This document shows positions 1 to 10,069 of a DNA stretch of 64,000 nt, piece after piece. Made by a program: the position numbers and the translations under genes. Below the pieces are notes generated by a model. The model did not search any database. It saw only the letters and a list, made by a program, of their open reading frames with translations, and was not told the origin of the DNA. The stretch is from the IMG/VR virus record IMGVR_UViG_3300023210_000015, positions 32,001 through 96,000 of that record; one strand, 5' to 3'. Each line of letters starts with the position of its first letter. Position 1 is the stretch's first letter. Source of the stretch: a virus.

Positions 1-1122
1 CTCTTTGCCCGGCGTATCAGACAGTTTTACTACTGGGATTTCATTGACGTACCATAGTTTGATAACCATGTTTAAAGCCTTGCTACTGTCAAAGTCGTTT
101 GTCAGATTTGTGCCGATACCAAACGCACATTTAATTTTTCTGTCACAATATTCGGCAATTTTATAGGCCGTTTCTGCGTCAAGGCCATCGCTAAAAACAA
201 TAACTTTTGACATGGGATCGATATTTAGGCTCTTATAGTGGTTGATGATTTTGTCTGCGAACTCATAGGGACAACCACTGTCATGTCTAACTCCATCGTA
301 GAGTTTTGCAAATCGTAAATTGAAATTTTCAAGAAAACTATCCGTTCCATATGTGTCAGTCAAAGCAATTCCCAAATCTGCATTGTAAATTTTGACCCAA
401 TTTTGTAGCATGTGATAATTTGGGTGATTCATGCTTTCCAATGCTGCCATTGCTTGACATAATTCGTGTGCCATTGTACCAATTGGTGTGATGTCATGCT
501 TCATAGCCAAGTGGACATTGGATGTGCCAACAAAGAAAGGCTGGTCTTTCCATGTTTTGATAAGTAGGTCTTGCACTTCAAAACTGCGTCTTCGGCGTGT
601 ACCAAAATCAGCCAATTTCATCATGGTTTTGAGATTAAATTTTGGACCATAGGCGTTGAAAACAGATGCTTTGGATTCCATTTTTTCTAGTTGACCATCC
701 GTATTCCAATCCGTATCGATAGTCTGGAAGTACAATTCAGAGATAGTCGCCATCAAAGGAACTTCCCAAAGGATCGTAGAGTGCCACGGTCCTTTAATTG
801 TGATATCTAGTTTACCTTCTACGTCTACATTAATAGCAACTTCGTTAGGATTAAAACGATAATTTCTGAGATATTCTAGATAGTTAACTTTGAAGTATGG
901 GCACTTTTTTCTCAACCAGTCATATTCTTCTTGAGTAAGTGTTAATTTGGGAAATTCCTTGTCAATGATTTTTCGTAGATTGTCTACAAATTCAGGTGTG
1001 AAACCGTGTTTGCCACGATTTGTGAAACGATATTCTGTTATTGAATCTGGGAATAGTTCCAATGCCAACTGTTGCATCGTTAGCTTGTACAAGTCAGTGT
1101 CTAAAATACTTTTGATCATCAT
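1..1122 (-). CDS. pncB: Nicotinate phosphoribosyltransferase (3' end runs off the window)
   Basis: Manual translation of the minus strand: MMIKSILDTDLYKLTMQQ...DFGTRRRRS...GTMAHE...LTDTYGT...GVRHDSG...FSDGLD...FGIGTNLTND...KLSDTPGKE. RBS GAAGGAG upstream. Absent from the ORF track because no stop lies in the window. Confidence 0.93.
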   Translation of the reverse strand, partial: MMIKSILDTDLYKLTMQQLALELFPDSITEYRFTNRGKHGFTPEFVDNLRKIIDKEFPKLTLTQEEYDWLRKKCPYFKVNYLEYLRNYRFNPNEVAINVDVEGKLDITIKGPWHSTILWEVPLMATISELYFQTIDTDWNTDGQLEKMESKASVFNAYGPKFNLKTMMKLADFGTRRRRSFEVQDLLIKTWKDQPFFVGTSNVHLAMKHDITPIGTMAHELCQAMAALESMNHPNYHMLQNWVKIYNADLGIALTDTYGTDSFLENFNLRFAKLYDGVRHDSGCPYEFADKIINHYKSLNIDPMSKVIVFSDGLDAETAYKIAEYCDRKIKCAFGIGTNLTNDFDSSKALNMVIKLWYVNEIPVVKLSDTPGKE

Positions 1123-1324
1123 CTTATTCTATCTCCTTCATTTCATTATAGCCCTTCTAAAATAAGTAAAAAGGAAAAAATATATTTTTGTTGAAAGATA
1201 TACAGATAGTCTTGGTCTATTTATAAATTGGTGATAATGTTTTTGTTATACTGTTATTCGATGATGAACGTCGTTTTGAAGCACTGCTAAGGAAAACCAT
1301 TAAAAGAATATTAGAGAGATACGT

Positions 1325-2149
1325 ATGCAAACCAAAGAACTTGATCAAATCTGGAAAAAATACTTAAAAGATCGTGATAATGATTCTATGCAAAAGCTAG
1401 TAGCTCATTATTATATTGCATTGGTTCAAAAAATAGCTTCCAATTTAGTGAGAAAGTTTAGATATAAGGTCACTAGGGACGAATTGGCTTCACACGGCGT
1501 TGGAGGGCTATATAAGGCACTCAAAGCATTTGACCCCCTCAGAGGGGTAAAGTTCGAGACATACGCTTACCCGCGAGTCTGGGGGTCAATAATAGACTGT
1601 ATACGTGAAGAAGATTGGGTTCCACGTAGCGTAAGAACACGACAAACGAAAATAGAAAATGCCAAAAAAGAACTAGAATCACGTAGAGGACATAAAATAG
1701 ATGTCGGCGAAGCAGTCAAACATGCCGGTTTCGACGGCCAAGAGTTTCATGTCAAACAGTCTAAATTTCATGCTATGGGTTTTTCCAGCATAGAAACAGG
1801 AACTGGTGAATTCGCTTCTGAAGACAATAAAAAAGATTGTAATAAATATTTGGTTTCTAAAAATAGTTCCTCTCCTGACAGCAAATTAATACGAGAAGAA
1901 TTCCTTGGGAAACTGATTGGTCGTGATTTTACGCCATTAGAACGCAAAATTATTTATTATTATTACTATGAGAGGCTTTCTATGCGAGAGATAGCCAATA
2001 CTCTTGGTGTTTCTGAATCTCGTATCAGCCAAATCCATCAGGGAATCTTGGATCGACTTAAAACACGCATCGAAGTGAATCCCGAATATTTTGGATCAGA
2101 CATATTAGAGTTGATTAATAGCTGTAATGATGCTGACCCATTGAAATAA
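1325..2149 (+). CDS. FliA/WhiG (sigma28)-family RNA polymerase sigma factor
   Basis: Region 2 GLYKALKAFDPLRGVKFETYAYPRVWGSIID..DWVPRSVR; region 4 HTH LSMREIANTLGVSESRISQIH. Confidence 0.92.
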   Translation: MQTKELDQIWKKYLKDRDNDSMQKLVAHYYIALVQKIASNLVRKFRYKVTRDELASHGVGGLYKALKAFDPLRGVKFETYAYPRVWGSIIDCIREEDWVPRSVRTRQTKIENAKKELESRRGHKIDVGEAVKHAGFDGQEFHVKQSKFHAMGFSSIETGTGEFASEDNKKDCNKYLVSKNSSSPDSKLIREEFLGKLIGRDFTPLERKIIYYYYYERLSMREIANTLGVSESRISQIHQGILDRLKTRIEVNPEYFGSDILELINSCNDADPLK

Positions 2150-2159
2150 TTTTTTTGTT

Positions 2160-2186
2160 TAAAAAATCATTTCTTATCGCCTATAA
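2160..2186 (+). promoter_or_regulatory. sigma28-like promoter
   Basis: TAAA-N15-GCCTATAA, one mismatch from the sigma28 consensus TAAA-N15-GCCGATAA, 6 nt upstream of GTG 2193. Confidence 0.55.
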
Positions 2187-2192
2187 TACACT

Positions 2193-2738
2193 GTGTATGA
2201 AGTGTTTTTATTTTTTGGAGAAAAATCATTGGTAAATGCTGAAGTCGGAGATATTACAAAGTCAAGACAAGACGCGATTGTAAATGATGCAAATAGTTGT
2301 GGTGTTATGAGTTATGGCGTATCTGCACTAATATGCAATCGTGGTGGCGTTGAGATACAAGATGAAGCAAAAGGTTTTTGTCGTAAAAATAAAAATATTG
2401 AGTTAGGAAGTTGCTTTTCAACACAATCAGGTAAATTGAAGAGATATGGGACTGAAACAATTTACCATGCGGTGATCAGCAGAACACCTAAAGACTTAGC
2501 AAGTATACATTTTGTAAAAAAAGTATTAAATGAGGTTTTAGCAACAGCGGTAAATGATGGAATAGAGTCGATTGCTATTCCTTCTATTGGTTTAGGAGGA
2601 GGTTTGGACAAAACAGTAGTCGCTATGGAAATGGCTAGGATTGCTAAAAATTTTTGTAATAAAATAGATATTCGTATTATTGATGTGGATAAAGAATTTA
2701 TTGAAAATGTACGAAAAAATCTTTTGAAAGGAAATTAA
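2193..2738 (+). CDS. Macrodomain (ADP-ribose-binding) protein with a divergent loop
   Basis: GDIT..DAIVNDAN..MSYGVS..IYHAV..SIAIPSIGLG. Alternative TTG start at 2229 after GGAG. Confidence 0.85.
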   Translation: MYEVFLFFGEKSLVNAEVGDITKSRQDAIVNDANSCGVMSYGVSALICNRGGVEIQDEAKGFCRKNKNIELGSCFSTQSGKLKRYGTETIYHAVISRTPKDLASIHFVKKVLNEVLATAVNDGIESIAIPSIGLGGGLDKTVVAMEMARIAKNFCNKIDIRIIDVDKEFIENVRKNLLKGN

Positions 2739-2740
2739 TT

Positions 2741-3373
2741 ATGACTACAAAACTCAATCATCCAACATTAGTTCTCAACAAGGGCTGGATGCCTTTAACA
2801 ATCGAGACAGCCAGAGAGTCTCTAATAAAGGCATTTACAGGTTCTGCTAAAATTGTGGATGAAAATTACATCCAATACAATTGGGAAGAGTGGTCTGAGA
2901 TATCCGAGTACGAATATGAGGATAGCAAGGAAGATGACAAGTTCATTCTCACTGCTAACTATCAAAAGATCAAGATTCCTGAAGTCATTGTTTTGCTTAA
3001 TTACAATCGTTTGCCTAATGTAAAAGTAAAATTGACTCGTCGTAACCTATTGATCAGAGACAAGTTCACCTGTCAATATACTGGTCAAAAGCTTTCGATG
3101 TCTGACGCGACTATTGACCACGTTGTGCCTAGAACTCAAGGTGGTTTGACTACATGGGACAACGTTGTTATCTGTTCTTTCGAGGCAAACGTTAAAAAGG
3201 GCGGAAGAACTCCTGAGGAAGCAGGGCTTACATTGAAGACAGTGCCTCGTAAGCCTTCGTGGAGTTTGATGTTCGCAAAATACGTTACTCGTATTCCTAA
3301 GTCTTGGGAGAAGTTCATCAAGACAGATAAGTGGAACGAGATAGGGTATTGGGATGTCGAACTCGTAGACTAA
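2741..3373 (+). CDS. HNH endonuclease (McrA-like)
   Basis: TLVLN..RRNLLIRDKFTCQYTG..TIDHVVPRTQGG.TTWDNVV....N.KKG. Confidence 0.9.
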   Translation: MTTKLNHPTLVLNKGWMPLTIETARESLIKAFTGSAKIVDENYIQYNWEEWSEISEYEYEDSKEDDKFILTANYQKIKIPEVIVLLNYNRLPNVKVKLTRRNLLIRDKFTCQYTGQKLSMSDATIDHVVPRTQGGLTTWDNVVICSFEANVKKGGRTPEEAGLTLKTVPRKPSWSLMFAKYVTRIPKSWEKFIKTDKWNEIGYWDVELVD

Positions 3374-3389
3374 GTTCGATTAACAGTTT

Positions 3390-3435
3390 ATTAATTTAAA
3401 GGGCAGAATCGCAAGATTCTGCCCTTTAAATTAAT
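3390..3435. terminator. Perfect 21-bp inverted repeat with GCAA loop; probable bidirectional terminator
   Basis: ATTAATTTAAAGGGCAGAATC-GCAA-GATTCTGCCCTTTAAATTAAT directly after the HNH gene. Confidence 0.8.
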
Positions 3436-3454
3436 CTGTGCCGATTATATATCT

Positions 3455-4213
3455 ATGATCCGTCGTAGATTAAAACACACTCACACCCGCAAAAGGGCTT
3501 CTGTACGCTTTTGGAATAACGCTCTAAAAAATGTACCATGCTTTCTTGTAGGTTGTGGTCCATGGTTAGAAAATCAACCCACTGGGCTATTAAAAGATTT
3601 TTTTACTATTGGAATTAATAGCTGTTATCTTAAAATAGACCCTACTGTTTTGCTTTGGCAAGATATAGAATTTTGGTATAGTGCGAAAAGAGATATACCG
3701 AAATTATCTGCATTGAAATATTGTCGTGACACTTCTGATCCATCTGGTACTTATTATTCATATCGATTGACACCCGGTTTTTATAAAATACCGAAAGACG
3801 CATCTCAATTGCACGGGAGAGGGAATTCAGGAGCATTAGCATTTGAATTGGCTTATATTCTAGGATGCAATCCCATTGTTTTAGTTGGATTTGATTGTAG
3901 ATATCAAGGCACCAAAACAGATTTCTATGGGGCAAATCCGCATCATAAACAACATACGCTAAGACAATGCCAGAATGCTCTAAAGTGGATAAGAGATGAA
4001 AGCAGTAAAAGCCAACAAAAACAGAGAAAAATAGATATCATTAATTGTTCTAAAAATACAGTATTTGATGTTAAATATAAATTACGTGATGCTGTGGACA
4101 TGGTGCAGGAAAGATACTCTATGCTAGGTCGTGATTATTTCGTATCTAAAATTTTAGATAATGCTGCGCGGAAGAGGGAGAAAGAGATGAATAAAAGAAA
4201 AAACTCGTCTTAA
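3455..4213 (+). CDS. DUF115/MptE/Maf-like transferase-fold protein
   Basis: CFLVGCGPWL..TIGIN..GNSG.LAFELAYILGCNPIVLVGFD. Confidence 0.7.
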   Translation: MIRRRLKHTHTRKRASVRFWNNALKNVPCFLVGCGPWLENQPTGLLKDFFTIGINSCYLKIDPTVLLWQDIEFWYSAKRDIPKLSALKYCRDTSDPSGTYYSYRLTPGFYKIPKDASQLHGRGNSGALAFELAYILGCNPIVLVGFDCRYQGTKTDFYGANPHHKQHTLRQCQNALKWIRDESSKSQQKQRKIDIINCSKNTVFDVKYKLRDAVDMVQERYSMLGRDYFVSKILDNAARKREKEMNKRKNSS

Positions 4214-4269
4214 CAGTCGGTGAAAGTTCAAGTCCTATAATTGCCAATTAAAAATAGAAAGGTTTGTTT

Positions 4270-5745
4270 ATGAGTAAGGATAAAGAGTCTAAAGTCAAGG
4301 AGTTGGAAACATCTCTTTCGGAATGCAGTGGAGAAACAGATACTACGGGTTTTAACGAGTTGCAAATTGTAGCTCGTAGTTTGGCGTATTCACCAGTCAA
4401 TAAGCTTCACGATGGAGAAAATGATATCAAAGTCAAAGATTCCACCTTGGGTCAATTCGCCAGATTGTTTGAACGATTTGATAAGAGAGATTTTAGGATT
4501 AGCAAATTTTTCGCCGGATATAAACATCAAAGTCTTTATGCCTTTTTGACACCTTATAGGAATGGTGTTTTGCAATATGTCTTAAGCGATTTTTTGGAAT
4601 TGAAAGGATACAAGATATTGCAAACTATGAGTTCTGCGTATGCCGACGAAGAAGAGACAAAAGTTGCTGAGATCAAATGCGATGTCGATGAAACATTCAA
4701 TGTATATCTAGATGCAACCATTTTGTGTTATAATCCAGAAAATGAAGGACGCATTTGCATTGAAATCACTCTAGATCAACATCGTGGTGGTGTGTCTTTA
4801 ATGATATTCTTTAATGATATTGCAAAAAACTTTTGGAGCGAATGGCAAGAGTACGGAAAAAAGAAGAATTTTTACAAAGGCAAAAAAATCAATGCTATGT
4901 GTGATTTTCTTGAGTTGAATAAGGAAATCACTTGGGAAGATGTGATTGTTCAAGATAAAATAAGGAATAAAATTAAACAAAACGTAGAGAATCTTTTTAC
5001 GTATATAGACATTTTACAAAAAAACAAAGTCACGGTAAAAAGAGGAGTTATATTAGCTGGTCCACCAGGAGTAGGAAAAACTCTAATTTGTAAGGTATTA
5101 ATTCAGGCTATTAAGGACATTACAGTATTATATGTTCTTCCATCTCACTTGAAAAGCGCTATGGATGTTTCTATGGTGTGTGAGATGGCAAGAGATTTAT
5201 CTCCTACATTGATGGTAATAGAAGATATAGACTTTTTGGCAGAAAGCAGAAATACCAATCCGTTTGGTGGTCTTACTGTAGAGTTGATGAATCAGATGGA
5301 TGGTGTTGAGAGTTTCGACGGTGTTGTTACGTTGGCTACAACTAATATGCCAGAGAAAATCGAAGAAGCCATCAAGAATCGCCCTGGCAGATTTGACAGA
5401 GTAATACAAGTAGACTTGCCAGATTCTAAAGACAGATTGAAGATGCTTAAGAAGTTTACACAACGATTTATATTAAAAGATGTGGATTTAGAATCTATTG
5501 CAGAAGAGTGTAATGATATGAGCGGAGCATACATTTATAATCTCTGCGAGACTGCCGCTATCTGTGCCGTGGATGAAAATAGTATTGATAAAGATGAGAA
5601 AATTATCATTAATAGCAAACACCTGAAAGAAGCCATAGCGGAAATCAAGGATAAAGATTTTTCTCAGTGGGCAAACACCGAACGATCTGGTGGATTCGGT
5701 TTTGGTAAAAAGGGAGAAGATGTGCCAGAAGAACCGTATGACTAA
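4270..5745 (+). CDS. AAA+ ATPase (FtsH/CDC48-like ATPase module)
   Basis: Walker A GPPGVGKT, Walker B LMVIEDID, second region of homology ATTN..RPGRFDR. Confidence 0.9.
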   Translation: MSKDKESKVKELETSLSECSGETDTTGFNELQIVARSLAYSPVNKLHDGENDIKVKDSTLGQFARLFERFDKRDFRISKFFAGYKHQSLYAFLTPYRNGVLQYVLSDFLELKGYKILQTMSSAYADEEETKVAEIKCDVDETFNVYLDATILCYNPENEGRICIEITLDQHRGGVSLMIFFNDIAKNFWSEWQEYGKKKNFYKGKKINAMCDFLELNKEITWEDVIVQDKIRNKIKQNVENLFTYIDILQKNKVTVKRGVILAGPPGVGKTLICKVLIQAIKDITVLYVLPSHLKSAMDVSMVCEMARDLSPTLMVIEDIDFLAESRNTNPFGGLTVELMNQMDGVESFDGVVTLATTNMPEKIEEAIKNRPGRFDRVIQVDLPDSKDRLKMLKKFTQRFILKDVDLESIAEECNDMSGAYIYNLCETAAICAVDENSIDKDEKIIINSKHLKEAIAEIKDKDFSQWANTERSGGFGFGKKGEDVPEEPYD

Positions 5746-5905
5746 AATTTTTTTTCAATCACAAGTTTGAATAGAGTATCGAGTTACATAAAGCAATTTT
5801 TATTGTTGTGTTAACCAAGAAGGAATCTTATCGAGACTGTTAAATAAATCGTTGTGAAGCAGACTCAAAGTTTCTATCTCAAATTTAATGCAACAAGGAG
5901 ACATA

Positions 5906-8900
5906 ATGGATCACCCCGAAATTTATACGCACAAACAGGCATTCAATGCCTCTAAAGAGTATTTTAATGGCGATGAATTGGCTGCAAAAGTGTTTGTTGA
6001 CAAATACGCGCTAAGAGATGGCAAAAAGAATTTATTAGAACCTACACCTGACTATATGCACAGGAGAATAGCAAGAGAGCTTGCAAAAATAGAAAGCGAG
6101 AAATTCAAAAACCCGCTTTCTGCTGAACAGATATTTGAATATTTAGATCATTTCAAGAGAATAATTCCACAAGGATCGTTGATGTATGGCGTAGGAAATA
6201 CATATCAAATAGTTAGTCTTTCAAATTGTTATGTTATACAATCTACGCCTGATTCATATGGTGGAATCTGCAAATCTGATGAGGAAATAGTCCAAATTTC
6301 CAAGAGGCGTGGCGGAAGTGGTGTTGATATTTCTTTCTTGAGGCCAGATGGTACAGCGACTACGAATGCGGCAAGAACAAGTACAGGTATCGAATCATTT
6401 CTTCAAAGATTTTCTAACGCAGCACGAGAAGTAGGACAGGGAGGACGCAGAGGCGCTCTTATGGTTTCTCTTAGTGTGCATCATCCAGAGATATTGAAAT
6501 TTGCAAAAGTCAAAAGGAATTTAACAAAAGTTACTGGGGCCAATATTTCTGTAAGATTGTCTGACGAATTTCTTAATGCAGTTGATAAAAATGAACAATA
6601 CGAACAAAGGTGGCCTGTTGATTCCAAAAAACCAAAGATTTCCAGAATGGTTAATGCTAGAAACGTTTGGAGACAAATCATTGAAAATGCTCATGCTATG
6701 GCTGAACCTGGTCTTTTGTTTTGGGACAATATAATAAGAGAATCTCCTGCTGATTGCTATAGCGAGTTCGGTTTTAAGACGGTTTCCACAAATCCGTGCG
6801 TCACTTCTGATACGTGGGTGTTGACGAACAACGGCCCAAAACGAGTTGTGGATTTAATAGGAAAAAAATTTATAGCTGTTATAGACGGGAACCTCTACGA
6901 TTCCACCAATGATGGTTTTTTCTTAACAGGTACGAATAAAAATCTTCTATTAATTGAGACTAAAGAAGGTTATTGTTTAAAATGCACACCAGAACACAAA
7001 ATTAAAGTCATTGAGTTTGTTAATAGAAAAAAAAGACAAAAATGGGTTGAGGCTAAAAATTTGCAATCTGGTGACGATATTTCGCTTGGCAATCATAAGG
7101 GTTTTACTTGGAAAGGCGAAGGAACTAAAGAAGAAGGATGGTTGATAGGAAGTCTTCTTGGAGATGGAGTTTTTTGCGAGAATACATCCAAGTTGACATA
7201 TTGGGGTGAAAATAAGTTCGAGATGCTAGAAGAGGCGACCAGTTTGGCAAAACAAAGTTTTAATTGCAGATCAGATATCGGAACTGCATCTGCAAATTCT
7301 ACAAATGTAATCAACAGGGATTTAGTTTCTATAAAATGTAAAGCTTTATCGGAAACTTCACAAAAATATGGATTAGAAAAAAACAAGGATTTGCTTAAAA
7401 CAATAGAAGAAAAAAGTAGTGATTTCTATAAGGGATTTTTATCCGGCTGGTTTGATGCGGACGGAACGGTTTTAAACCAAAAAAAGAAAGGTTTTTATGC
7501 GGTTCGTTTGTCTTCTGTGAAATTAGAAAATCTTGTTATAGCCCAAAGAATGTTACACCGTTTGGGTATGGCATCGACCATATACAAAGATAGAAAAAAA
7601 GCTGGACCAAGGGAACTTCCAGATGGAAAAGGTGGTTATGCTTTTTATGAATGCAATGCGAATCATGAACTTCAAGTAACAAAAGATAATTTGAAAGAAT
7701 TTTCATCATTAATAGGATTTAGGGACAAAAACAAACAAAATAAATTGGATGATATTATATCATCTTTTACGAGAGGTCCATACAAAACTGCTTTTACAGG
7801 AAAAATAAAATCTGTCACAAAGGTAGAGAATGAGGATGTTTATGACTGTACTATTCCTGAGATATCTGAGTTTGATGCGAATGGGATACAGGTCCACAAT
7901 TGTGCGGAACTCCCATTGAGCGAATTCGACAGTTGCCGATTGTTATTGCTTAACGTCTTCAGTTATGTCAAAAATCCATTTATGTCTAATTCATATTTTG
8001 ACTATGAAGAATTTACTGCTGATGCTAAAATCGCTCAACGACTGATGGACGATATTGTGGATTTGGAGCTAGAACATATTGAAAGAATTATCAATAAAAT
8101 AGAAGCAGACCCAGAGGAAGATGACATAAAACATAGGGAATTGACTATATGGAAGAAAATTTATAAAACGTGTAAAGCCGGAAGACGCACTGGTACTGGT
8201 GTGACAGCCATTGGTGATACTTTGGCTGCTTTGGGAATTCCATACGGAAGCAGAAAAGGGATTAACGCTGTTGAGAAAATTTACAAAACACTTAAATTGG
8301 CGTGTTATAGAAGTTCAGTGGATATGGCTAAAGAACTTGGGCCGTTTAGCGTATGGGATGCCAAATTGGAGCGTAAAAATCCATTCTTATTACGCATTAA
8401 AGAAGAAGACCCGGTACTATACAAGGATATGCAGATATGTGGCAGACGCAATATAGGCATCAATACAACCGCTCCTGCTGGTAGTGTAAGTATTTTGACT
8501 CAAACGACTTCTGGCATCGAGCCTTTGTATGAAGTCGGGTATAAGAGAAGGAAAAAGATTAATCCAAATGATAAAAATGTCAGAGTCGATTTTATAGATA
8601 AGAGTGGAGATGCGTGGGAAGAATTCAGAGTATATCATGCCAAAGTCAAGGACTGGATGAATATTATGGGCAAAGAAAATGCTGAAGGTTCTCCGTGGGA
8701 GGGGTCTTGTGCCTACGATATCGATTGGAAAAATAGGATAAAATTGCAAGCTGCCGCGACAAAGCATATTGATCATAGTATCTCTTCTACAATTAATTTA
8801 CCAGAAGACGTTACAGTAGAAACAGTTGCTTCTATTTATGAAATAGCGTGGAAAAGTGGGTGCAAAGGAATTACCGTGTATCGTAAAGGTAGTCGTGATG

Positions 8901-9466
8901 GTGTTCTAATAGACGACACCAATGGCTGTTCTGTTGATAACGAAAATACAATACAAACTCACAATGCTCCAAAGCGCCCAAAAGAACTTCCTTGCGACAT
9001 ACACCATTTAACTGTTTTGGGAAAAGGGTATTTGGTTTTTGTCGGTTTGCTGTCTGGCTATCCATACGAAGTATTTGCCAAAGAAAACGGACAATTACCA
9101 CGTTCCACCAAATTTGGAGTTATCAAAAAAGTAAAACGCGGACAATATAAAGCAATTATTGAAGGCGGCAAATATGTTATTGAAAATATAATGGAAGGCG
9201 GGGGTGCCATGGAAGAAGCTGTCACTAGACTTACTTCCGCTTCATTGAGACATGGTGCTGACATTTCATTTATTGTGCATCAATTAGAAAAGGCTCATGG
9301 AGATTTCTTATCATTTGAAAAAGCTATCGCTAGAGCATTAAAGAAATATGTTAAAGACGGTACAGAAGTTACCGGCGAAGGATGTGAAGAATGCGGCAAT
9401 GACGAATTGATCCGCGAGAATGGATGTAAAATTTGTAAGAACTGCGGCTGGACCGCGTGTTCATAA
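5906..9466 (+). CDS. nrdJ: Class II (B12-dependent) ribonucleotide reductase with intein
   Basis: LSNCYV, RRGGSG, GRRGALM, EPG, STNP|C..ELPL, TAPAGSVS..TTSGIEP, DHSISSTIN, KGITVYR, C-terminal Zn ribbon; RBS AAGGAG before ATG 5906. Confidence 0.92.
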   Translation: MDHPEIYTHKQAFNASKEYFNGDELAAKVFVDKYALRDGKKNLLEPTPDYMHRRIARELAKIESEKFKNPLSAEQIFEYLDHFKRIIPQGSLMYGVGNTYQIVSLSNCYVIQSTPDSYGGICKSDEEIVQISKRRGGSGVDISFLRPDGTATTNAARTSTGIESFLQRFSNAAREVGQGGRRGALMVSLSVHHPEILKFAKVKRNLTKVTGANISVRLSDEFLNAVDKNEQYEQRWPVDSKKPKISRMVNARNVWRQIIENAHAMAEPGLLFWDNIIRESPADCYSEFGFKTVSTNPCVTSDTWVLTNNGPKRVVDLIGKKFIAVIDGNLYDSTNDGFFLTGTNKNLLLIETKEGYCLKCTPEHKIKVIEFVNRKKRQKWVEAKNLQSGDDISLGNHKGFTWKGEGTKEEGWLIGSLLGDGVFCENTSKLTYWGENKFEMLEEATSLAKQSFNCRSDIGTASANSTNVINRDLVSIKCKALSETSQKYGLEKNKDLLKTIEEKSSDFYKGFLSGWFDADGTVLNQKKKGFYAVRLSSVKLENLVIAQRMLHRLGMASTIYKDRKKAGPRELPDGKGGYAFYECNANHELQVTKDNLKEFSSLIGFRDKNKQNKLDDIISSFTRGPYKTAFTGKIKSVTKVENEDVYDCTIPEISEFDANGIQVHNCAELPLSEFDSCRLLLLNVFSYVKNPFMSNSYFDYEEFTADAKIAQRLMDDIVDLELEHIERIINKIEADPEEDDIKHRELTIWKKIYKTCKAGRRTGTGVTAIGDTLAALGIPYGSRKGINAVEKIYKTLKLACYRSSVDMAKELGPFSVWDAKLERKNPFLLRIKEEDPVLYKDMQICGRRNIGINTTAPAGSVSILTQTTSGIEPLYEVGYKRRKKINPNDKNVRVDFIDKSGDAWEEFRVYHAKVKDWMNIMGKENAEGSPWEGSCAYDIDWKNRIKLQAAATKHIDHSISSTINLPEDVTVETVASIYEIAWKSGCKGITVYRKGSRDGVLIDDTNGCSVDNENTIQTHNAPKRPKELPCDIHHLTVLGKGYLVFVGLLSGYPYEVFAKENGQLPRSTKFGVIKKVKRGQYKAIIEGGKYVIENIMEGGGAMEEAVTRLTSASLRHGADISFIVHQLEKAHGDFLSFEKAIARALKKYVKDGTEVTGEGCEECGNDELIRENGCKICKNCGWTACS
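6797..7900 (+). mobile_element. Intein with LAGLIDADG endonuclease in RNR, inserted at the catalytic NP|C
   Basis: C1 (CVTSDTWV), block B CTPEH, LIGSLLGDG and FLSGWFDADG, VYDCT..VHN followed by C+1. Confidence 0.93.
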
Positions 9467-9491
9467 CTGATTTAGAGAAAAGGAGATAGAG

Positions 9492-9989
9492 ATGATTTTA
9501 AAGTTTAAAAAGTTACACGAGGATGCAGTTATACCAAAATATCAAAAACCTGGTGACGCAGGATTCGATTTTCATGCACTTATTAAACAGGACTATGACG
9601 GCAGTTGGAATAAAGCAGTAGACAATGGTAATGGTCCTGAGTTTGTGGTGGCCATACCACCTAAATATCAATTTGTTATTAAAACAGGTTTAGCATGTGT
9701 CGTAGAAGAAGGCTATGAAATGCAAATTAGACCTAGAAGTGGACTTGCATTTAAAAAATGCATTACAATTACCAATAGTCCGGGAACTCTTGACAGTGGA
9801 TATCGCGGGGAAATTATGATAATTTTATATAATCTTGGCGAAGAGACATTTTATATAAAAAACGGAGACAGAATTGGCCAAGGGGTTATTTCCCCTGTTG
9901 TGCAACCAGATATTATACAGATCGATGAATTTAGTCGAGAAGACATGGATACTGATCGTGGTGGAGGTTTGGGTAGCACCGGCGTATAA
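9492..9989 (+). CDS. dut: Trimeric dUTPase
   Basis: GDAGFD, IRPRSGLA, NSPGTLDSGYRGE, GDRIGQ, RGGGLGSTG. Confidence 0.95.
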   Translation: MILKFKKLHEDAVIPKYQKPGDAGFDFHALIKQDYDGSWNKAVDNGNGPEFVVAIPPKYQFVIKTGLACVVEEGYEMQIRPRSGLAFKKCITITNSPGTLDSGYRGEIMIILYNLGEETFYIKNGDRIGQGVISPVVQPDIIQIDEFSREDMDTDRGGGLGSTGV

Positions 9990-10069
9990 TAAATGCCTAA
10001 AATTAAAGGGTTCTCAGTTTATATGACGAATAAATAATTGGTTATATATAATTTGAGAATTCTTTTTTT

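Noticed and set aside
947-1165. 72-aa + strand ORF from the track
   Set aside because: It is antisense to the clearly recognisable pncB.
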